A stretch of 32,000 nucleotides of DNA from Cylindrospermopsis raciborskii Cr2010 (GTDB taxonomy: Bacteria; Cyanobacteriota; Cyanobacteriia; Cyanobacteriales; Nostocaceae), in assembly GCF_003367075.2 (NCBI RefSeq), contig NZ_CP065936.1, positions 2,340,001 through 2,372,000 of the forward strand. The letters are read 5' to 3'. Below the pieces are notes generated by a model, which saw nothing but the letters and a program-made list of their open reading frames with translations, searched no databases and had not been told where the DNA came from. This document shows, one piece after another, positions 25,773 to 32,000 of this stretch (its first letter is position 1; every line of letters starts with the position of its first letter). The position numbers and the translations under genes are program-made.

Positions 25773-26669
25773 ATGACTAATGTTTTATTCAATGCACCAG
25801 TGAAAGTCTACCGAATGTCAACCCCTGAACATCAGTGTCCTTGGGGACTACGGGCAATTAAATTGCTGACTGAGCATGGCATTCCCTTTGAGGATATTCT
25901 GCTGCGTTCACAGATAGAAGTTGATGCTTTTAAGGCACAATACGGAGTTTCTACCACCCCCCAAATCTTTATTGGAGATCGGCGCTTAGGTGGATATTCA
26001 GATCTTGCCAAGTATTTTTCCGTGCAAGCAATCACTCCTGAGTACTCCTACACACCGGTGATTGCTCTATTTTCCACTGCAGGATTAGTAGCACTTTCTA
26101 CCTCCTTGGGACTAACTGGATTTATGGGTATTTCCCTTTCCATGCTGGCCTCCTTGAAATTGATGGATATTGATAGCTTTACCACCAGCTTCAAGAAGTA
26201 TGACCTAATTACCCAGCGGTTCCAGCACTATAGCAAACTCTATCCTTTTGCGGAGCTGGCCATTGGTTTGGGATTTCTATCGAATATAGCGCCACTATTT
26301 ACCGGAGTTGGCTCATTAATATTGGGTATGAGCGGTGCTGTGGCTGTTTTTAAGGCGGTGTATATAGACAAAATGGCATTGAACTGTGCCTGTATTGGTG
26401 GAAATTCCAAAGCACCTTTGGGAATCGTCAGCTTTGCAGAAAATAGTATTATGACGATTATGGGTGCTATGCTGATTTTCTCATCGCTCAGTCCCCAGTC
26501 TGTAAAATCTATAGGTTCTCCCAACAATGTTTCACAAGAAATTGGTTATCAACAAGTACAAAAATTAGGTCCAATTTATCCCGCTACCTCATTGACGGGG
26601 AAACGGTCGATTAACTGCATCGCCCTTCCAGCGTTTTTCCGCAAAGACTCGCTCACAAAGGGAGCATGA
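25773..26669 (+). CDS. Glutaredoxin-like domain fused to MauE/DoxX-type redox-associated membrane domain
   Basis: The N-terminus is VKVYRMSTPEHQCPWGLRAIKLL...TTPQIFIGDRRLGGYSDL, a Grx fold with a CPWG motif. The membrane part is LKLMDIDSFTTSFKKYDL...PFAELAIGLGFL...ALNCACIGGNSKAPLG, which is MauE-like. The 3' end overlaps the convergent helicase gene by 94 nt. Confidence 0.7.
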   Translation: MTNVLFNAPVKVYRMSTPEHQCPWGLRAIKLLTEHGIPFEDILLRSQIEVDAFKAQYGVSTTPQIFIGDRRLGGYSDLAKYFSVQAITPEYSYTPVIALFSTAGLVALSTSLGLTGFMGISLSMLASLKLMDIDSFTTSFKKYDLITQRFQHYSKLYPFAELAIGLGFLSNIAPLFTGVGSLILGMSGAVAVFKAVYIDKMALNCACIGGNSKAPLGIVSFAENSIMTIMGAMLIFSSLSPQSVKSIGSPNNVSQEIGYQQVQKLGPIYPATSLTGKRSINCIALPAFFRKDSLTKGA

Positions 26670-29404
26670 GGAATTTGTGATAACAAATCAAGAGTTCGCC
26701 TTAATAACCTAACCACATCACCCTCATCTAAAGTGGTCATGGCACAAAGTTGTAACCATTTGGTTCCCAGGGCCCATTGTTCCACAATAGCAATCAGTTC
26801 AAATTCTAACCATATAGGTAGAGCAACATGATAGCGATGTTGAACTTGAAATAACTTACGTCTAATATTACGCAACTTTGACAGGGCACTCCCTACCTCA
26901 TTACTCAAATTAAAACTTACCCTACTATCAGGTCGTGGTGTTTCCGTGACTAGTGCTGCTACTGCTGCTGCTAGGTGATGGGGATCTAAATTATCTAGTT
27001 CACCACTATCTATAGCTAATCCTAACCATAATTCATTCTCACCCCTAATGGTGGACGCCATTTGTCCCAAGTGTGTGGGTGCCAAATTGTCTAGGGCGTC
27101 AAAATGTTGTAGAATCCTAATCAAGTTCAGAAACTGCTCCCAATGTTCCTCAGAGTTTCGTTTTACCTTCTTCTCTAAACCCTCCAGATATGATTTTAAT
27201 TCCACAAACTCGGCTTTCTGCTTAAATATATGCCCAATTTTCCCCGACTGATGTACGGAATTCTTTTCCATTTGTGACTGTATAGACACTACCCGATTGA
27301 GTTGATTTGCTAACTCCGGTGTCATGTACAAAAACTCTGTCGTATCTGGAATAAAATCCGCTATTTGTGCTGTCTGTGCATCTCCTCGCCAAGAATAACC
27401 CTTTTTTAATCCTAGCTCTATAGGGGGTATAATACTTTCTGGCACTTCTACCCTAGATATGTGAGCATGTACTTCAATTACATCTGAGTTTGTAGCTGAA
27501 TACCAACGATTATTCTTGCCCAAGCAAATAATGAAGGAACTTGGACCAGTTTCTGGCACTTTACTATATAATATGGCTGTCATTGGTAGGGTAGCTGTCG
27601 TGTTTTTATCTCTCAAGCTCAAAAGGGTACCTTTGACGGCAAATTCTAGCATCATATACAATTCAGACTCTCTTTCTTCCCTTAGTTGCTCCTGTAAGGT
27701 TCTAAATATATGTAGCTCTACCTTTAAAATCTGTTTCAACTTTTCATAAAGGGTAATTTCATTTTCGTCTATGGCACTTAATTCTTCCTCAATTTTTGCC
27801 AGTTCTGCCTTAATTTCCTCAATTTCGTCGTATTCTGGCTTTAAATATAAAGTCGCCATGTACTGACCAAAACTGCGCTCTATTAGTTCCTTAGCTTGTT
27901 CTAATGTATGGGTTTGCAACAGGTTTAACACCATGCCATAACTGGGGGTAAACTGACTCACTAGGGGATCCGCAGGGGATGTGGCTAAATATGCAGCTTC
28001 TCTTGCTCCCTCAAAGGGTGTTTGTAGGGTTACTACGTGACCCTGTTTATCCATTCCTCTTCTACCTGCACGACCGGACATCTGTAAAAACTCAGAAGCC
28101 TTCAATAGTCGATGTCCATTATCAGTTCGCTTGGAAAGAGTTGATATTACTGTGGTTCGCGCAGGCATGTTAATACCTGCCGCTAAAGTCTCTGTGGCAA
28201 ATACAACTTTAATTAGACCCTGCTGAAATAGCTCTTCAACTAGTAACTTCCAAGCTGGTAATATGCCTGCATGGTGTGCTGCAATACCTTTATACAGGGG
28301 AGCAATTTGTCCAGAACGTCCAGCTTCCGGATTGCGGGTTAAAAATTCATCAATTTGTACTCGTAATATTTGGGATTCTTCATTATTGACCAGCCATAGG
28401 TCGCTAACTTCTGAAACGGCTTTATCACAACCACGACGGCTGAAAATAAAGAAAATTGCTGGTAACATATCCCTCTCGAATAATTGATTGAGGGTATAAA
28501 CTATAGTTGGCGGTTCGGGACGATTACCATAACCCCTCTCCCCAATCCCCTTCTTACCCCGTTTGATTAACCTGGAATTAATTTTGGTCTTACTCTCATT
28601 GAGTAGGGGAAATAAACCTTTGGGGTTGCAGAAGTGAAACTCCAGGGGAACGGGACGAAAATCAGAGTAAATTAAATCTGTCGGACCATGAACCCGATTT
28701 AACCAATCCGTTAGTTGGTCGCTATTTTCCACAGTAGCAGAAAGAGCAACCAACTGGACCTCCTGGGGACAGTAAATTATGGATTCCTCCCAAACCGTAC
28801 CTCGCTGCTGATCATTCATGTAGTGGCATTCATCTAAGACCACAGCCTCAACATTGGTCAAAGATACCCCAATTTGTCCTATAGGGGTACCATAAAGCAT
28901 ATTACGGAAAATTTCCGTGGTCATCACAATAATCGGTGCTTCCCGGTTTACAGAAGCATCTCCCGTGAGCAGTCCCACCTGCTCAAAACCAAATTTTTCT
29001 CGAAAGTCCCGTAACTTTTGATTGGATAAGGCTTTTAGGGGAGTAGTGTAAAATACCCTTTTACCACGAGATAAAGCCCGATAAATGGCATATTCACCAA
29101 TTAAGGTCTTACCAGATCCTGTCGGAGCACAGACAACTACTGATTTTCCATCATTTAAAGATGCGATCGCATCTAGTTGAAATTGATCGAGTTCAAAGGG
29201 AAAAATTGACTGTAGGTCAATTTCTAAAGGGGATGGAGTGTGATTGTTCACTAGAACCTCCACTCTGAGGAGGATGATGCTATCACAAGACCTGGAAGTA
29301 ACATCTGGGCGAATTGATTCGCCACCTGAAAATTCATAACTGTAACCATCCTGAATTTGCGGATTGTTGAACAATATTTGTGGGTGACTGTGTGCCCCCT
29401 GCAC
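26576..29404 (-). CDS. Ski2-like superfamily II DEAD/DEAH-box RNA helicase (HelY-type, with C-terminal DSHCT-like region)
   Basis: 942 aa. Motifs present are CAPTGSGKT, LDECHYM, LSATV and QMSGRAGRRG, with a long helical arch and C-terminal region. The start is uncertain, and a downstream GTG is possible. Confidence 0.85.
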   Translation of the reverse strand: MQGAHSHPQILFNNPQIQDGYSYEFSGGESIRPDVTSRSCDSIILLRVEVLVNNHTPSPLEIDLQSIFPFELDQFQLDAIASLNDGKSVVVCAPTGSGKTLIGEYAIYRALSRGKRVFYTTPLKALSNQKLRDFREKFGFEQVGLLTGDASVNREAPIIVMTTEIFRNMLYGTPIGQIGVSLTNVEAVVLDECHYMNDQQRGTVWEESIIYCPQEVQLVALSATVENSDQLTDWLNRVHGPTDLIYSDFRPVPLEFHFCNPKGLFPLLNESKTKINSRLIKRGKKGIGERGYGNRPEPPTIVYTLNQLFERDMLPAIFFIFSRRGCDKAVSEVSDLWLVNNEESQILRVQIDEFLTRNPEAGRSGQIAPLYKGIAAHHAGILPAWKLLVEELFQQGLIKVVFATETLAAGINMPARTTVISTLSKRTDNGHRLLKASEFLQMSGRAGRRGMDKQGHVVTLQTPFEGAREAAYLATSPADPLVSQFTPSYGMVLNLLQTHTLEQAKELIERSFGQYMATLYLKPEYDEIEEIKAELAKIEEELSAIDENEITLYEKLKQILKVELHIFRTLQEQLREERESELYMMLEFAVKGTLLSLRDKNTTATLPMTAILYSKVPETGPSSFIICLGKNNRWYSATNSDVIEVHAHISRVEVPESIIPPIELGLKKGYSWRGDAQTAQIADFIPDTTEFLYMTPELANQLNRVVSIQSQMEKNSVHQSGKIGHIFKQKAEFVELKSYLEGLEKKVKRNSEEHWEQFLNLIRILQHFDALDNLAPTHLGQMASTIRGENELWLGLAIDSGELDNLDPHHLAAAVAALVTETPRPDSRVSFNLSNEVGSALSKLRNIRRKLFQVQHRYHVALPIWLEFELIAIVEQWALGTKWLQLCAMTTLDEGDVVRLLRRTLDLLSQIPHAPFVSESLRKNAGRAMQLIDRFPVNEVAG

Positions 29405-29478
29405 ATACTGGAGGAACTGTACTTCCCACCATTATAAATGGATATGGTGGAGGATGGGGGGTTTTCAGTAAGTCCCAC

Positions 29479-30282
29479 TTAATAATTCACCAATTCACCA
29501 CGGATGATGGTAATAGCCTGTCCGCTTAAAAAAACCCGATTTCCTCCTGAATAGGTCACTTTCACTATTCCGCCCCGTTGAGAAGCTTGATAAGCTAAAA
29601 AACTATCTTTTTGCAGTTTATGTCGCCAAAAGGGCGCTAAACAACAATGTGCAGCACCAGTTACTGGATCTTCGTCAATACCAAAACCGGGGGCAAAAAA
29701 ACGAGATACAAAATCATATTCCAGATCACCAGTACTGGTAACAATCACGTTCCTGACTGGTAACAGTCTCATTTGTTGCAAATCTGGCTGTATTTGTCGG
29801 ACTAATTGTGGGGAGGCCAATTCCACTAAATAACCAAGGGAGTTCAAAGAAACTGATTTGTAACCAACTCCTAAAACCTCATTTAGCAAAGGTAGTGGTT
29901 CCACAATTTGGGAATGATTAACGGGAAAATCTAATTCAATCCAATCATCTTGCTTTTTCGCAATCAATAAGCCACTTTTAGTATAAAACCGGGCTGTTTG
30001 TTCCGGTGATAAATATCCTTCTGACCAAAGAACGTGGGCACTAGCTAAGGTAGCATGACCGCACAGGGGAACTTCTGTGGTTGGCGTGAACCACCGTAAA
30101 TTGAAACCGTCATTCTCTGGTAGCAAAAAAGCTGTTTCTGATAAATTCATTTCTTGAGCTACTTGCTGCATCCACTTATCAGATTCAGCATTGGTCAACA
30201 CGCAAACCGCAGCAGGATTACCTTGAAATGGTTTGTTGGTAAAAGCGTCAACTTGGATAATTTTTTGGTTAGTGATTCTCAT
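29479..30282 (-). CDS. PhzF family phenazine-biosynthesis-like isomerase
   Basis: 267 aa. The sequence IIQVDAFTNKPFQGNPAAVCVL...ETAFL...CGHATLA is the typical PhzF/YddE pattern. Confidence 0.85.
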   Translation of the reverse strand: MRITNQKIIQVDAFTNKPFQGNPAAVCVLTNAESDKWMQQVAQEMNLSETAFLLPENDGFNLRWFTPTTEVPLCGHATLASAHVLWSEGYLSPEQTARFYTKSGLLIAKKQDDWIELDFPVNHSQIVEPLPLLNEVLGVGYKSVSLNSLGYLVELASPQLVRQIQPDLQQMRLLPVRNVIVTSTGDLEYDFVSRFFAPGFGIDEDPVTGAAHCCLAPFWRHKLQKDSFLAYQASQRGGIVKVTYSGGNRVFLSGQAITIIRGELVNY

Positions 30283-30294
30283 GTTATTGTTATA

Positions 30295-30411
30295 TTAAGT
30301 AGGGAGGCACAATTATTTGTAGGATGGGTTAGTGGTAGGGTAACCCATGGGGGCGTTGGGTTTCGTTCCTCAACCCAACCTACGTTCATCTTATGTTTAA
30401 TTCCACCCACC
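30295..30411. repeat. Dispersed ~120-nt two-hairpin element, copy B
   Basis: About 90 percent identical to 20161-20280 in the same orientation. It lies 12 nt upstream of the phzF-like start codon and 44 nt downstream of the STAS-transferase stop. Confidence 0.85.
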
Positions 30412-30454
30412 TAGAAGCCATTAACCACAATAGATTCCGGATTTGCCCGAGGAT

Positions 30455-31501
30455 TTAAACAGCACCACTGTTTTTATTAAATAAAATGGATATAGTTTTA
30501 ACAATTAATTGCAAATCGTAAACTAAACTCCAATTTTTCTGATACTGTAGGTCTAGACGAATAACATCCTCAAAATTGCGTACTTTGGAGCGACCATTTA
30601 CTTGCCATTCCCCAGTCATCCCTGGTTTTACATCCAAGCGTTGCCATTCTGGCACTTCGTATAATTCCACTTCATCAGGGGTGGGTGGACGAGTACCAAC
30701 TAAACTCATTTCCCCTTTTAACACGTTCCAAAATTGTGGCAGTTCATCCAAACTGGTACGACGCAAAAAACGTCCTACCTTAGTGATTCTAGGGTCATGA
30801 TCATTTTTAAAAAATGCCCCAGCTACTTGATTTTTTACCTGGGACTTTTTAGCTTCCGCATCTACACACATGGAACGGAACTTCCAAATATAAAAACGTT
30901 TACCCATCCACCCACAACGGATCTGTCTAAAAAAAATCGGACCTGGATCATTGATGCTGATGGCAATCCCAATGGGAATCAATAAACATGCTGTAATTAC
31001 TAACCCTACTAAAGACCCAACTATATCAATAATTCTTTTCATCCGAGACTTTACGCAAGGATGAGTTGCTGGTAGGTCTTCTAGTCTACAATTACTGCCA
31101 CGACTATTTCCGGAGTTAGTCAATTCTGAGGTTTTATTAGTTACAGAAGATTTAATTATAAATACCTGATCTAATCCCGTTAAATTCAGGACTGCCATCA
31201 CTTGTGGGGTCACATTATCAAGTATAAATTCTATCTCCTTTTCTTGAGCGGACTTAAAACTACTGACTAAAGCCCCCAGCCCACTACTATCCATAAAAGT
31301 TGTGTTATTCAAGTCTATCAATAGAACTTTAGAATCTAGGTTAGACTCAATTAGATCTCGGCAGGTCTTTTTAAAGCAAATGGCTTCATTTACGCTGAGA
31401 CGATTTGAAGCCTGGACTACCATCGTACCTTCCAGATAATGAACCGGAAGATCTATTTCTGCGAATTTTCCAGTCATGAAGCTATCAACTTGGGTTACCA
31501 T
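30455..31501 (-). CDS. STAS (anti-sigma-factor antagonist) domain fused to polyprenyl-phosphate sugar phosphotransferase (bacterial sugar transferase family)
   Basis: The N-terminal STAS domain is LLIDLNNTTFMDSSGLGALVSSFKSAQEKEIEFILDNVTPQVMAVLNLTGLDQVF. One TM helix follows. The transferase core has DELPQFWNVLKGEMSLVGTRPP and PGMTGEWQVNGRS. Confidence 0.8.
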   Translation of the reverse strand: MVTQVDSFMTGKFAEIDLPVHYLEGTMVVQASNRLSVNEAICFKKTCRDLIESNLDSKVLLIDLNNTTFMDSSGLGALVSSFKSAQEKEIEFILDNVTPQVMAVLNLTGLDQVFIIKSSVTNKTSELTNSGNSRGSNCRLEDLPATHPCVKSRMKRIIDIVGSLVGLVITACLLIPIGIAISINDPGPIFFRQIRCGWMGKRFYIWKFRSMCVDAEAKKSQVKNQVAGAFFKNDHDPRITKVGRFLRRTSLDELPQFWNVLKGEMSLVGTRPPTPDEVELYEVPEWQRLDVKPGMTGEWQVNGRSKVRNFEDVIRLDLQYQKNWSLVYDLQLIVKTISILFNKNSGAV

Positions 31502-31834
31502 CTACAGATTAAGCTAAGATTCCACCACGCTCACCCACCCGGAATGTTTAGTTTTAAGTAAAAATAAACATCTCCAGGGTAAATCTTTCCCACTGTTTAT
31601 CCCCTACCCAAGGGGTAGAGGTTCTCAACTAGTTTCAACTAATAATTATGTTTCTAAGGATAGATGCTAGTGGCTACTTTACGAATAGAAAACAGTTTAG
31701 ACTGTTTGCTCCTATGATAAATTTCCCTATATTGACGAAAAGTATCTTGCTTACCTTTTTTGGAAATGTCGATAAACTTTCATTTTTTCCACTAGAACAA
31801 CACAAAACTTTATATTTAGAAATAGGTAGTTGAA

Positions 31835-32000
31835 TTAGTAATTTTCATCTACATTGTTAGATCTAGATTTGGCTTTATTAGCACTACGTTTAAGAGCAGA
31901 AAGCCTAGCTTCGTAACGGTAACGCTGACGCTTACCTGGGGTAGTATCAATTAAGGTTTTAAGAGCACTTCCTAAACTTTTATAGGCATTAGGTAAAGTA
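31835..32000 (-). CDS. 3' end of an unidentified CDS truncated by the window edge
   Basis: The minus strand carries an open frame, ...TLPNAYKSLGSALKTLIDTTPGKRQRYRYEARLSALKRSANKAKSRSNNVDENY*, with its stop at 31835-31837. Only 54 codons are visible and I recognise no family. Confidence 0.35.
   Translation of the reverse strand, partial: TLPNAYKSLGSALKTLIDTTPGKRQRYRYEARLSALKRSANKAKSRSNNVDENY

Noticed and set aside
25727-25792. 22-codon N-terminal extension (MNKTLVIYVSVYIVLHTIYNKL) of the helicase fusion in the ORF track
   Set aside because: It overlaps the start of the divergent Grx-MauE gene and is hydrophobic nonsense upstream of a clean RelE-like beta1/helix start at MAQVKIV. The start at 25726 is preferred but not proven.
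20146-25800. Calling the 20-26 kb insert a mobile genetic element or prophage remnant
   Set aside because: I could recognise no integrase, transposase, tRNA attachment site, flanking direct repeats or phage structural genes. Only accessory status is proposed.
30430-30445. TCCGGA (DIF-like heterocyst promoter motif) upstream of the phzF-like gene
   Set aside because: It is a single hexamer about 155 nt from the start codon with no supporting -10 context. It is expected by chance.
31648-31833. 61-aa + strand ORF in the 333-nt gap upstream of the STAS-transferase gene
   Set aside because: It lies in an AT-rich promoter region and has no motif, no plausible ribosome-binding context and no family resemblance.

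Overview
The window looks like a chromosomal segment of a filamentous, heterocyst-type cyanobacterium (Nostocales-like). Evidence: I count 18 exact copies of the HIP1 octamer GCGATCGC by eye, and the window carries ycf3, zipN/ftn2 and a fraC-fraD-fraE-like operon. Most of it is tightly packed housekeeping: zipN, gatC, ycf3, murE, an aminotransferase, rdgB, a phosphohexomutase, purN, purD, an NblS/Hik33-type histidine kinase, a Ski2-like helicase and phzF. I recognised no rRNA, tRNA, CRISPR array, transposase or integrase. The stretch that looks accessory is about 20.15-25.8 kb, between purD and a glutaredoxin-MauE gene. On the minus strand it holds a DUF29 gene, a 637-aa tail-anchored coiled-coil protein built from nested 123-nt and 570-nt in-frame repeats, a 456-nt non-coding gap with a gene remnant, and an ~808-aa protein. 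That last protein fuses a RelE/ParE-like toxin fold to a complete SF1 (UvrD-like) helicase core and an unassigned ~200-aa C-terminal domain, with no adjacent antitoxin. It is my best candidate for an undescribed conflict or defence module, but this is inference from motifs only. Other points worth a second look: an untracked 51-aa ORF behind a textbook NtcA-type promoter (PirA-like); a DUF3782/PD-(D/E)XK-like gene with an expanded 54/75-nt tandem repeat; a ~120-nt two-hairpin dispersed element (two full copies, two fragments); a DUF4231/SLATT-like membrane protein; a STAS-sugar transferase fusion; and several convergent gene overlaps.
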